Below, piece after piece: positions 8,020 through 20,000 of a stretch of 20,000 bases of DNA (positions are counted from its first letter, which is position 1; every line of letters starts with the position of its first letter). The position numbers and the translations under genes were made by a program. Source of the DNA: Hydrurus foetidus (taxonomy: Eukaryota). The stretch lies in NCBI GenBank assembly GCA_900617105.1, contig UYFQ01000381.1:48910-68909 (forward strand), given 5' to 3'. The notes beneath the pieces were generated by a model. That model saw only the letters and a list, made by a program, of their open reading frames with translations, was not told where the DNA came from and did no database searches.

Positions 8020-9939
8020 TTGGTTAATTATTTTCACGATTTTGTTAGAAACGCTTCAACTGTTGTATATCCAATGAACCAGTTGTTGCTTAACTACAAT
8101 AAATATAAGAAAATAACATGGACAATAGAAGCTCTTCGAGCATTCAATTTGATCAAATCTGAGATTTCTAAATGCACGACTATGCACTTTCTAAGTGACA
8201 CCGATCCGATTTACTTGCACACTGATGCATCGGACTATGGTGTAGGTGCCTATCTTTTCCAGTTAGTTGACGGAAAGGAGACGCCCATAGCATTTGTTAG
8301 TAAGTCACTCAACAAAGCTCAGCTTCGTTGGGCTGTCATACAGAAAGAAGCATATGCTATCTTTTATGCGTGCACGTATTTAAAATCGCTATTACGTGAT
8401 CGTACGTTTACATTACGTACAGACCATCGTAACTTGTTATACATAAAGGAAAATTCAAATCCAATGATAGTCAGATGGTTTATGGCCTTATCTGAATATT
8501 CATTTAACATTGAATATATTCCTGGACCTAACAATAACATAGCTGATTCGATGTCTCGACTCTGTCGCAATAACATGGTTGATTTTCCTCAGGAATATAC
8601 TCCTGATGCAATCATGTCTGCTAATACTATTGAAAAATTTAAACTAACACGTGAGCAGTATGACAAAATCAGTGAACTGCATAATTCACAAGTTGGTCAT
8701 TTCGGCCTCGAGCGTACTATAAAACGTCTCAGAGATAGAAATGAAAATTGGCAATATATGCGACAGCATGTCAGGTACTTCATAGATCACTGTTCGTGTT
8801 GTCAGAAGATGAGTATGTTAAAGATACCAATACATGCTCATGGCTTCTCGACTTCTACTTACACACCTATGGAATGCCTAAACATAGACTTCATAGGACC
8901 GTTTCCAGACGGCGGGTACGTACTCGTAATTATCGATACGTTCACAAGATGGGTTGAACTGTTTCACACAGAAGATGCTACTGCACTTTCAACAGCTAAA
9001 TGCCTCTTGCAACATTTCGGTCGTTTCGGCGCACCTCTTCAACTCCGTTCTGATAATGGGCCACACTTCATTTCCGAAGTAATCAAAGAGTTTCTAACTC
9101 TGATTGGCACTCAACATTGTCTTACTTTAGCATACTCTAAAGAAGAAAATGCTATTGTTGAGCGCATGAATAAAGAAGTTAATAGACATCTTCGTGCATT
9201 AACTTATGATAATGTCACATTAGAAGACTATAAAACATCACTTCCATTTGTGCAAAGAATTATAAATTCTAATCACAGTGATCGTTTGAAGATATCAGCT
9301 TCACAACTTCTTTTCGGAAATGTACTTAAACTCGACAGAGGTATCTTTTTACCTCCTGCTGAGCGAAACGTTACTGATGACAAACCTTTGTCAAAACGAT
9401 TAAGCAATCTAATCAAAACACAAGATAGTCTTCTGAAAGCTTCTGCTAAAGAACTTCTTCGTACAGATTTGCTGCATCAAAGTCAGTCTCAAGTTTCTCA
9501 ACATGTAGAGTATCCGAAGGACTCATATGTTCTTGTGCACTATCGCGATGGCTCTCCTCCTTCACGCCTTCATACGCATTGGAGAGGTCCATTAAAAGTC
9601 GTTAGTGGCGAAAATTCGCGTTACACACTATATGATTTAGTCACTCAGAAAACTTCAGAGTTTCATGTATCTGCAATGAAACCGTTTCTATTTGACCCTT
9701 CAATCACAAATCCGTTGGATGTTGCACGACGTGATCACATGGAATACTTTGTTGAAGAGATTCTGGATCATCGTGGCAAACACCAACGTACCCACATAGA
9801 GTTTTTAGTCAAATGGTTGAACTACCCTTCTGACAAAAACACTTGGGAACCTTACTCAAGTCTTCGTGATGTTGATAAACTTCATGATTATTTACGTCAT
9901 AATAACATGACTAAATTAATCAATAAACAACATCGATGA
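8020..9939 (+). CDS. pol: Pol fragment: RT connection, RNase H, integrase (HHCC, DDE, GPY/F-like) and chromodomain
   Basis: RNase H: LHTDASDYGVG, KEAYAI, RTDHRNL, ADSMSR. Integrase: HNSQVGH...CSCC, IDFIGP, SDNGPHF, AIVERMN, WRGPLKV. Confidence 0.96.
   Translation: MVNYFHDFVRNASTVVYPMNQLLLNYNKYKKITWTIEALRAFNLIKSEISKCTTMHFLSDTDPIYLHTDASDYGVGAYLFQLVDGKETPIAFVSKSLNKAQLRWAVIQKEAYAIFYACTYLKSLLRDRTFTLRTDHRNLLYIKENSNPMIVRWFMALSEYSFNIEYIPGPNNNIADSMSRLCRNNMVDFPQEYTPDAIMSANTIEKFKLTREQYDKISELHNSQVGHFGLERTIKRLRDRNENWQYMRQHVRYFIDHCSCCQKMSMLKIPIHAHGFSTSTYTPMECLNIDFIGPFPDGGYVLVIIDTFTRWVELFHTEDATALSTAKCLLQHFGRFGAPLQLRSDNGPHFISEVIKEFLTLIGTQHCLTLAYSKEENAIVERMNKEVNRHLRALTYDNVTLEDYKTSLPFVQRIINSNHSDRLKISASQLLFGNVLKLDRGIFLPPAERNVTDDKPLSKRLSNLIKTQDSLLKASAKELLRTDLLHQSQSQVSQHVEYPKDSYVLVHYRDGSPPSRLHTHWRGPLKVVSGENSRYTLYDLVTQKTSEFHVSAMKPFLFDPSITNPLDVARRDHMEYFVEEILDHRGKHQRTHIEFLVKWLNYPSDKNTWEPYSSLRDVDKLHDYLRHNNMTKLINKQHR
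9745..9900 (+). other. Integrase C-terminal chromodomain
   Basis: YFVEEILDHR...EFLVKWLNYPSDKNTWEPYSSL matches the chromodomain consensus, including aromatic cage positions. Confidence 0.92.
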
Positions 9940-10115
9940 CTTAATATATTTGAAACTTTATCCATGAGGATTCTCTCCTATTTTTTTTACCTATGGGTCT
10001 TTTTTTGGAGAGTTTAGTCAGTAAAAGTCTGACATAATCGTTTCACTTATATCTCATTTATATATATGTTTTACATATCTTCTTTTTCTTTTTTTATATA
10101 TCATCAAAGATCTTC

Positions 10116-10132
10116 AAAAAAGGAAGAAGGGG
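10116..10132 (+). promoter_or_regulatory. Polypurine tract (plus-strand primer)
   Basis: AAAAAAGGAAGAAGGGG, 3 nt upstream of the 3' LTR. Confidence 0.92.
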
Positions 10133-10135
10133 TAG

Positions 10136-10397
10136 TGTAGCCTTATTGCATTCCTAAGGGGATACAATGTGTCTAGGTTAACTAGGTACAATAGGTATAC
10201 TACGCCCAGATTCCACTTTTAGGTCTTAGTTCTATGTATGATGTGAGTGCACTAGCGTACACATCACTTGTATATATTCAACTGTAAGATATTAACATAA
10301 GTCTTCTCTACCGACTTCCGCTTCCTCTTGCTCCACCGCTTGCCCACCGTACCAGCCACCAACAGCTCCGACGTCCTAGGCCCCACCGTCGACCACA
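10136..10397 (+). repeat. 3' LTR (262 bp)
   Basis: Identical to 4681-4942. Confidence 0.97.
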
Positions 10398-10401
10398 GCA
10401 T
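10398..10401 (+). repeat. Target site duplication GCAT (right copy)
   Basis: Matches 4677-4680. Confidence 0.9.
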
Positions 10402-13400
10402 GAGTTAGTATGGCTGGATGCATGAGTGAGTATGGCTGGATGCATGAGTGAGTATGGCTGGATGCATGAGAGAGTAGGGATGCATGGGTGAGTAGAGATG
10501 CATGAGTGAGTATGGATGCATGAGTTAGTATGGCTGGATGCATGAGTGAGTATGGCTGGATGCATGAGTAAGTAGAAATACATGAGTGAGTAGAGATGCA
10601 TAAATGAGTATGGTTGTATGAATTTGTATGGATGCATGAGAGTATAGGGATGCATGGGTGAGTAGAGATGCATGAGTGAGTATGGGTGGATGAGTTAGTA
10701 TGGCTGGATGCATGAGTGAGTATGGCTGGATGCATGAGAGTATAGGGTTGCATGAGAGTATAGGATTGCATGGGTGAGTAGAGATGCTTGAGTGAGTATG
10801 GGTGCATGAATATGGCTGGATGCATGAGTGAGTATGGCTGGATGCATGAGTGAGTATGGCTGGATGCATGAGTGAGTATGGCTGGATGCATGAGAGTATA
10901 GGGTTGCATCGGTGAGTATGGCTGGATGCATGAGTGAGTATGGATGCATGAGTGAGTATGGCTGGATGCATGAGTTAGTATGGCTGGATGCATGAGTAAG
11001 TAGAAATACATGAGTGAGTAGAGATGCATAAATGAGTATGGTTGTATGAATTTGTATGGATGCATGAGTATAGGGATGCATGGGTGAGTAGAGATGCATG
11101 AGTGAGTATGGATGCATGAGTGAGTATGGCTGGATGCATGAGTGAGTATGGCTGGATGCATGAGAGTATAGGGTTGCATCGGTGAGTATGGCTGGATGCA
11201 TGAGTGAGTATGGCTGGATGCATGAGTGAGTATGGCTGGATGCATGAGTGAGTATGGCTGGATGCATGAGTGAGTATGGCTGGATGCATGAGTGAGTATG
11301 GCTGGATGCATGAGTGAGTATGGCTGGATGCATGAGAGAGTAGGGATGCATGAGAGTATAGCTGGATGCATGAGTGAGTATGGATGCATGAGTTAGTATG
11401 GCTGGATGCATGAGTTAGTATGGCTGGATGCATGAGTAAGTAGAAATACATGAGTGAGTAGAGATGCATAAATGAGTATGGTTGTATGAATTTGTATGGA
11501 TGCATGAGAGTATAGGGATGCATGGGTGAGTAGAGATGCATGAGTGAGTATGGATGCATGAGTGAGTATGGATGCATGAGTGAGTATGGCTGGTTGAGTG
11601 AGTATGGCTGGATGCATGAGAGTATAGGGTTGCATGAGAGTAGGATTGCATGGGTGAGTAGAGATGCTTGAGTGAGTATGGGTGCATGAATATGGCTGGA
11701 TGCATGAGTGAGTATGGCTGGATGCATGAGTGAGTATGGCTGGATGCATGAGTGAGTATGGCTGGATGCATGAGTGAGTAGGGATGCATGAGTGAGTATG
11801 GGTGGATGAGTGAGTATGGGTGGATGAGTGAGTATGGATGCATGAGTTAGTATGGCTGGATGCATGAGTTAGTATGGCTGGATGCATGAGAGTATAGGGA
11901 TGCATGAGTGAGTAGAGATGCATAAATGAGTATGGTTGTATGAATTTGTATGGATGCATGAGAGTATATGGATGCATGGGTGAGTAGAGGTGCATGAGTG
12001 AGTATGGGTGGATGAGTTAGTATGGATGCATGAGTGAGTATGGCTGGATGCATGAGTATAGGGTTGCATGAGAGTATAGGTTGCATGGGTGAGTAGAGAT
12101 GCTTGAGTGAGTATGGGTGCATGAATATGGCTGGATGCATGAGTGAGTATGGCTGGATGCATGAGTGAGTATGGCTGGATGCATGAGAGAGTAGGGATGC
12201 ATGGGTGAGTAGAGATGCATGAGTGAGTATGGATGCATGAGTTAGTATGGCTGGATGCATGAGTTAGTATGGCTGGATGCATGAGTAAGTAGAAATACAT
12301 GAGTGAGTAGAGATGCATAAATGAGTATGGTTGTATGAATTTGTATGGATGCATGAGAGTATAGGGATGCATGGGTGAGTAGAGATGCATGAGTGAGTAT
12401 GGATGGATGAGTTAGTATGGATGCATGAGTGAGTATGGCTGGATGCATGAGAGTATAGGGTTGCATGAGAGTATAGGTTGCATGGGTGAGTAGAGATGCT
12501 TGAGTGAGTATGGGTGCATGAATATGGCTGGATGCATGAGTGAGTATGGCTGGATGCATGAGTGAGTATGGCTGGATGCATGAGAGTAGGGATGCATGGG
12601 TGAGAGTAGAGATGCATGAGTGAGTATGGATGCATGAGTGAGTATGGCTGGATGCATGAGTTAGTATGGCTGGATGCATGAGTGAGTATGGGTGGATGAG
12701 TGAGTATGGATGCATGAGTGAGTAGGATGCATGAGTGAGTATGGTTGTATGAATTTGTATGGATGCATGAGTGAGTATGGGTGGATGCATGGGTGAGTAG
12801 AGATGCATGAGTGAGTATGGGTGGATGAGTTAGTATGGCTGGATGCATGAGTGAGTATGGCTGGATGCATGAGAGTATAGGGTTGCATGAGAGTATAGGA
12901 TTGCATGGGTGAGTAGAGATGCTTGAGTGAGTATGGGTGCATGAATGAGTATGGCTGGATGCATGAGTGAGTATGGCTGGATGCATGAGTGAGTATGGCT
13001 GGATGCATGAGTGAGTATGGCTGGATGCATGAGAGAGTAGGGATGCATGGGTGAGTAGAGATGCATGAGTGAGTATGGATGCATGAGTTAGTATGGCTGG
13101 ATGCATGAGTTAGTATGGCTGGATGCATGAGTAAGTAGAAATACATGAGTGAGTAGAGATGCATAAATGAGTATGGTTGTATGAATTTGTATGGATGCAT
13201 GAGAGTATAGGGATGCATGGGTGAGTAGAGATGCATGAGTGAGTATGGGTGGATGAGTTAGTATGGATGCATGAGTGAGTATGGCTGGATGCATGAGTGA
13301 GTATGGCTGGATGCATGAGTGAGTATGGCTGGATGCATGGGTGAGTATGGCTGGATGCATGAGTGAGTATGGATGCATGAGTGAGTATGGCTGGATGCAT

Positions 13401-16400
13401 GAGTGAGTATGGCTGGATGCATGAGTGAGTAGAGATGCATGAGTGAGTATGGATGCATGAGTTAGTATGGCTGGATGCATGAGTTAGTATGGCTGGATGC
13501 ATGAGTAAGTAGAAATACATGAGTGAGTAGAGATGCATAAATGAGTATGGTTGTATGAATTTGTATGGATGCATGAGAGTATAGGGATGCATGGGTGAGT
13601 AGAGATGCATGAGTGAGTATGGGTGGATGAGTGAGTATGGCTGGATGCATGAGTGAGTATGGCTGGATGCATGAGAGTATAGGGTTGCATGAGAGTATAG
13701 GTTGCATGGGTGAGTAGAGATGCTTGAGTGAGTATGGGTGCATGAATATGGCTGGATGCATGAGTGAGTATGGCTGGATGCATGAGTGAGTATGGCTGGA
13801 TGCATGAGTGAGTATGGCTGGATGCATGAGAGAGTAGGGATGCATGGGTGAGTAGAGATGCATGAGTGAGTATGGATGCATGAGTGAGTATGGCTGGATG
13901 CATGAGTTAGTATGGCTGGATGCATGAGTAAGTAGAAATACATGAGTGAGTAGAGATGCATAAATGAGTATGGTTGTATGAATTTGTATGGATGCATGAG
14001 AGTATAGGGATGCATGGGTGAGTAGAGATGCATGAGTGAGTATGGGTGGATGAGTTAGTATGGCTGGATGCATGAGTGAGTATGGCTGGATGCATGAGAG
14101 TATAGGGTTGCATGAGAGTATAGGATTGCATGGGTGAGTAGAGATGCTTGAGTGAGTATGGGTGCATGAATATGGCTGGATGCATGAGTGAGTATGGCTG
14201 GATGCATGAGTGAGTATGGCTGGATGCATGAGTGAGTAGGGATGCATGGGTGAGTGAGTGCATGAGTGAGTATGGATGCATGAGTTAGTATGGCTGGATG
14301 CATGAGTTAGTATGGCTGGATGCATGAGTAAGTAGAAATACATGAGTGAGTAGAGATGCATAAATGAGTATGGTTGTATGAATTTGTATGGATGCATGAG
14401 AGTATAGGGATGCATGGGTGAGTAGAGATGCATGAGTGAGTATGGATGCATGAGTTAGTATGGATGCATGAGTGAGTATGGCTGGATGCATGAGAGTATA
14501 GGGTTGCATGAGAGTATAGGATTGCATGGGTGAGTAGAGATGCTTGAGTGAGTATGGGTGCATGAATATGGCTGGATGCATGAGTGAGTATGGCTGGATG
14601 CATGAGTGAGTATGGCTGGATGCATGAGTGAGTATGGCTGGATGCATGAGAGAGTAGGGATGCATGGGTGAGTAGAGATGCATGAGTGAGTATGGATGCA
14701 TGAGTGAGTATGGCTGGATGCATGAGTTAGTATGGCTGGATGCATGAGTAAGTAGAAATACATGAGTGAGTAGAGATGCATAAATGAGTATGGTTGTATG
14801 AATTTGTATGGATGCATGAGAGTATAGGGATGCATGGGTGAGTAGAGATGCATGAGTGAGTATGGGTGGATGAGTTAGTATGGCTGGATGCATGAGTGAG
14901 TATGGCTGGATGCATGAGAGTATACGGTTGCATGAGAGTAGGATTGCATGGGTGAGTAGAGATGCTTGAGTGAGTATGGATGCATGAATGAGTATGGATG
15001 CATGAGTGAGTATGGCTGGATGCATGAGTGAGTATGGCTGGATGCATGAGTGAGTAGAGATGCATGAGTGAGTATGGATGCATGAGTTAGTATGGCTGGA
15101 TGCATGAGTTAGTATGGCTGGATGCATGAGTAAGTAGAAATACATGAGTGAGTAGAGATGCATAAATGAGTATGGTTGTATGAATTTGTATGGATGCATG
15201 AGAGTATAGGGATGCATGGGTGAGTATGGCTGGATGCATGAGTGAGTATGGGTGGATGAGTTAGTATGGCTGGATGCATGAGTGAGTATGGCTGGATGCA
15301 TGAGAGTATAGGGTTGCATGAGAGTATAGGATTGCATGGGTGAGTAGAGATGCTTGAGTGAGTATGGGTGCATGAATATGGCTGGATGCATGAGTGAGTA
15401 TGGCTGGATGCATGAGTGAGTATGGCTGGATGCATGAGTGAGTATGGCTGGATGCATGAGAGAGTAGGGATGCATGGGTGAGTAGAGATGCATGAGTGAG
15501 TATGGATGCATGAGTTAGTATGGCTGGATGCATGAGTTAGTATGGCTGGATGCATGAGTAAGTAGAAATACATGAGTGAGTAGAGATGCATAAATGAGTA
15601 TGGTTGTATGAATTTGTATGGATGCATGAGAGTATAGGGATGCATGGGTGAGTAGAGATGCATGAGTGAGTATGGGTGGATGAGTTAGTATGGCTGGATG
15701 CATGAGTGTGTAGGTTGCATGAGAGTATAGGGTTGCATGAGAGTATAGGATTGCATGGGTGAGTAGAGATGCTTGAGTGAGTATGGGTGCATGAATATGG
15801 CTGGATGCATGAGTGAGTATGGCTGGATGCATGAGTGAGTATGGCTGGATGCATGAGTGAGTATGGATGCATGAGTGAGTATGGATGCATGAGTTAGTAT
15901 GGCTGGATGCATGAGTGAGTATGGCTGGATGCATGAGTGAGTATGGATGCATGAGTGAGTATGGATGCATGAGTGAGTATGGTTGTATGAATTTGTATGG
16001 ATGCATGAGAGTATAGGGATGCATGGGTGAGTAGAGATGCATGAGTGAGTATGGGTGGATGAGTTAGTATGGCTGGATGCATGAGTGAGTATGGCTGGAT
16101 GCATGAGAGTATAGGGTTGCATGAGAGTATAGGATTGCATGGGTGAGTAGAGATGCTTGAGTGAGTATGGGTGCATGAATATGGCTGGATGCATGAGTGA
16201 GTATGGCTGGATGCATGAGTGAGTATGGCTGGATGCATGAGTGAGTATGGCTGGATGCATGAGAGTATAGGGATGCATGGGTGAGTAGAGATGCATGAGT
16301 GAGTATGGATGCATGAGTTAGTATGGCTGGATGCATGAGTGAGTATGGCTGGATGCATGAGTAAGTAGAAATACATGAGTGAGTAGAGATGCATAAATGA

Positions 16401-19400
16401 GTATGGTTGTATGAATTTGTATGGATGCATGAGAGTATAGGGATGCATGGGTGAGTATGGCGAGATGCATGAGTGAGTATGGTTGCATGAGTGAGTATGG
16501 CTGGATGCATGAGTGAGTATGGATGCATAAGTAAGTATGGCTGGATGCATGAGTGAGTATGGCTGGATGCATGAGAATGTAGGGTTGCATGAGAGTATAG
16601 GGTTGCATGGGTGAGTAGAGATGCATGAGTGAGTATGGATGCATGAATATGGCTGGATGCATGAGAGTATAGGGTTGCATGAGTGAGTATGGCTGGATGA
16701 GTGAGTATGGATGCATGAGTGAGTATGGCTGGATGCATGAGAGAGTAGGGATGCATGAGTGAGTATGGATGCATGAGTGAGTATGGATGCATGAGTGAGT
16801 ATGGATGCATGAGTGAGTATGGCTGGATACATGAGTGAGTATGGCTGGATGCATGAGAGTATAGGGATGCATGGGTGAGTAGAGATGCATGAATGAGTAT
16901 GGTTGTATGAATTTGTATGGATGCATGAGAGTATAGGGATGCATGGGTGAGTAGAGATGCATGAGTGAGTATGGATGCATGAGTTAGTATGGCTGGATGC
17001 ATGAGTTAGTATGGCTGGATGCATGAGTAAGTAGAAATACATGAGTGAGTAGAGATGCATAAATGAGTATGGTTGTATGAATTTGTATGGATGCATGAGA
17101 GTATAGGGATGCATGGGTGAGTAGAGATGCATGAGTGAGTATGGGTGGATGAGTTAGTATGGATGCATGAGTGAGTATGGCTGGATGCATGAGAGTATAG
17201 GGTTGCATGAGAGTATAGGATTGCATGGGTGAGTAGAGATGCTTGAGTGAGTATGGATGCATGAATATGGCTGGATGCATGAGTGAGTATGGCTGGATGC
17301 ATGAGTGAGTATGGCTGGATGCATGAGTGAGTAGAGATGCATGAGTGAGTATGGATGCATGAGTTAGTATGGCTGGATGCATGAGTGAGTATGGCTGGAT
17401 GCATGAGTGAGTAGGGATGCATGAGTGAGTAGAGATGCATAAATGAGTATGGTTGTATGAATTTGTATGGATGCATGAGAGTATAGGGATGCATGGGTGA
17501 GTAGAGATGCATGAGTGAGTATGGGTGGATGAGTTAGTATGGCTGGATGCATGAGTGAGTATGGCTGGATGCATGAGAGTATAGGGTTGCATGAGAGTAT
17601 AGGATTGCATGGGTGAGTAGAGATGCTTGAGTGAGTATGGGTGCATGAATATGGCTGGATGCATGAGTGAGTATGGCTGGATGCATGAGTGAGTATGGCT
17701 GGATGCATGAGTGAGTATGGCTGGATGCATGAGAGAGTAGGGATGCATGAGTGAGTAGAGATGCATGAGTGAGTATGGATGCATGAGTTAGTATGGCTGG
17801 ATGCATGAGTTAGTATGGCTGGATGCATGAGTAAGTAGAAATACATGAGTGAGTAGAGATGCATAAATGAGTATGGTTGTATGAATTTGTATGGATGCAT
17901 GAGAGTATAGGGATGCATGGGTGAGTAGAGATGCATGAGTGAGTATGGGTGGATGAGTTAGTATGGCTGGATGCATGAGTGAGTATGGCTGGATGCATGA
18001 GAGTATAGGGTTGCATGAGAGTATAGGATTGCATGGGTGAGTAGAGATGCTTGAGTGAGTATGGGTGCATGAATTAGTATGGCTGGATGCATGAGTGAGT
18101 ATGGCTGGATGCATGAGTGAGTATGGCTGGATGCATGAGTGAGTATGGCTGGATGCATGAGAGAGTAGGGATGCATGGGTGAGTAGAGATGCATGAGTGA
18201 GTATGGATGCATGAGTTAGTATGGCTGGATGCATGATTGAGTATGGCTGGATGCATGAGAGTAGGTAGAAATACATGAGTGAGTAGAGATGCATAAATGA
18301 GTATGGTTGTATGAATTTGTATGGATGCATGAGAGTATAGGGATGCATGGGTGAGTAGAGATGCATGAGTGAGTATGGGTGGATGAGTATGGCTGGATGC
18401 ATGAGTGAGTATGGCTGGATGCATGAGAGTATAGGGTTGCATGAGAGTATAGGATTGCATGGGTGAGTATGGATGCATGAGTGAGTATGGGTGCATGAAT
18501 ATGGCTGGATGCATGAGTGAGTATGGCTGGATGAGTTTGTATGGATGCATGAGTGAGTATGGCTGGATGCATGAGTGAGTATGGCTGCATGAGTGAGTAT
18601 GGCTGGATGCATGAGAGTATAGGGTTGCATGGGTGAGTAGAGATGCATGAGTGAGTATGGATGCATGAGTTAGTATGGATGCATGAGTGAGTATGGATGC
18701 ATGAGTTAGTATGGCTGGATGCATGAGTAAGTAGAAATACATGAGTGAGTAGAGATGCATAAATGAGTATGGTTGTATGAATTTGTATGGATGCATGAGA
18801 GTATAGGGATGCATGGGTGAGTAGGGATGCATGAGTGAGTATGGGTGGATGCATGAGTTAGTATGGATGCATGAGTGAGTATGGCTGGATGCATGAGAGT
18901 ATAGGGTTGCATGAGAGTATAGGATTGCATGGGTGAGTAGAGATGCTTGAGTGAGTATGGGTGCATGAATATGGCTGGATGCATGAGTGAGTATGGCTGG
19001 ATGCATGAGTGAGTATGGCTGGATGCATGAGTGAGTATGGCTGGATGCATGAGAGAGTAGGGATGCATGGGTGAGTAGAGATGCATGAGTGAGTATGGAT
19101 GCATGAGTTAGTATGGCTGGATGCATGAGTTAGTATGGCTGGATGCATGAGTAAGTAGAAATACATGAGTGAGTAGAGATGCATAAATGAGTATGGTTGT
19201 ATGAATTTGTATGGATGCATGAGAGTATAGGGATGCATGGGTGAGTAGAGATGCATGAGTGAGTATGGATGCATGAGTTAGTATGGATGCATGAGTGAGT
19301 ATGGCTGGATGCATGAGAGTGTAGGGTTGCATGAGAGTATAGGATTGCATGGGTGAGTAGAGATGCTTGAGTGAGTATGGGTGCATGAATATGGCTGGAT

Positions 19401-20000
19401 GCATGAGTGAGTATGGCTGGATGCATGAGTGAGTATGGCTGGATGCATGAGTGAGTATGGCTGGATGCATGAGTGAGTAGGGATGCATGGGTGAGTATGG
19501 CTGGATGCATGAGTGAGTATGGATGCATGAGTTAGTATGGCTGGATGCATGAGTTAGTATGGCTGGATGCATGAGTAAGTAGAAATACATGAGTGAGTAG
19601 AGATGCATAAATGAGTATGGTTGTATGAATTTGTATGGATGCATGAGAGTATAGGGATGCATGGGTGAGTAGAGATGCATGAGTGAGTATGGGTGGATGA
19701 GTTAGTATGGATGCATGAGTGAGTATGGCTGGATGCATGAGTTAGTATGGATGGATGCATGAGAATATAGGTTGCATGGGTGAGTAGAGATGCTTGAGTG
19801 AGTATGGGTGCATGAATATGGCTGGATGCATGAGTGAGTATGGCTGCATGAGTGAGTATGGCTGGATGCATGAGTGAGTATGGCTGGATGCATGAGAGAG
19901 TAGGGATGCATGGGTGAGTATTGCTGGATGCATGAGTGAGTATGGATGCATGAGTTAGTATGGCTGGATGCATGAGTGAGTATGGATGCATGAGTGAGTA
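10398..20000. repeat. Satellite array (right arm), same family and orientation; truncated by window end
   Basis: Same monomers and higher-order order as the left arm, e.g. 14341-14400 equals 14761-14820 (420-bp offset). Confidence 0.98.

Larger units (their letters stand above)
4681..10397 (+). mobile_element. Full-length Ty3/gypsy (Metaviridae) LTR retrotransposon, chromovirus type, 5717 bp
   Basis: Two identical LTRs, TSD and PPT. Domain order gag-PR-RT-RH-IN (gypsy order) with a GPY/F-like motif and a C-terminal chromodomain. Confidence 0.97.

Noticed and set aside
5013..8957. Small alternative-frame and antisense ORFs inside the element (5013-5222, 5845-6099, 5994-6197, 6080-6271, 6288-6476, 7034-7282, 8364-8576, 8748-8957)
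   Set aside because: They are short, lack recognisable motifs and are shadows of gag/pol.
9940..10115. Possible env or extra ORF after pol
   Set aside because: Only about 176 bp of T-rich sequence with no meaningful ORF; this is an ordinary 3' UTR.
10402..10521. 120-bp block nearly duplicating 4561-4680 across the insertion (apparent giant TSD)
   Set aside because: There is one mismatch, similar whole-monomer duplications occur elsewhere in the array, and the 4-bp GCAT TSD fully explains the junction.
10308..19991. Minus-strand His/Ser/Pro-rich ORFs in the right arm
   Set aside because: Same satellite translation artefact; 22-bp units and odd indels do not preserve frame.
1..20000. CRISPR-like array next to a reverse transcriptase
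   Set aside because: There are no unique spacers, only tandem monomer variants, and no cas genes. The RT is a standard gypsy Pol bounded by LTRs and a TSD.

Overview
Eukaryotic heterochromatin-like window. About 14.3 kb (1-4680 and 10398-20000) is a G-rich, strand-asymmetric satellite of 18- and 22-bp monomers (GCATGAGTGAGTATGG[CTGG]AT) arranged in a ~420-428 bp higher-order repeat. All minus-strand ORFs in it are artefacts. The array is interrupted by one full-length 5717-bp Ty3/gypsy LTR retrotransposon of chromovirus type (4681-10397). It has identical 262-bp TG...CA LTRs, a 4-bp GCAT target-site duplication, a polypurine tract, and gag(CCHC)-PR-RT-RNaseH-IN-chromodomain. The coding region has five successive -1 frame breaks, each repairable by adding one base to a homopolymer, which suggests assembly errors in an intact young element. 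The most notable signal is a near-textbook 86-nt spliceosomal intron (6420-6505) exactly at the gag/protease junction. Its removal changes frame and would act as a splice switch between Gag and Gag-Pol. The primer-binding region is also atypical.
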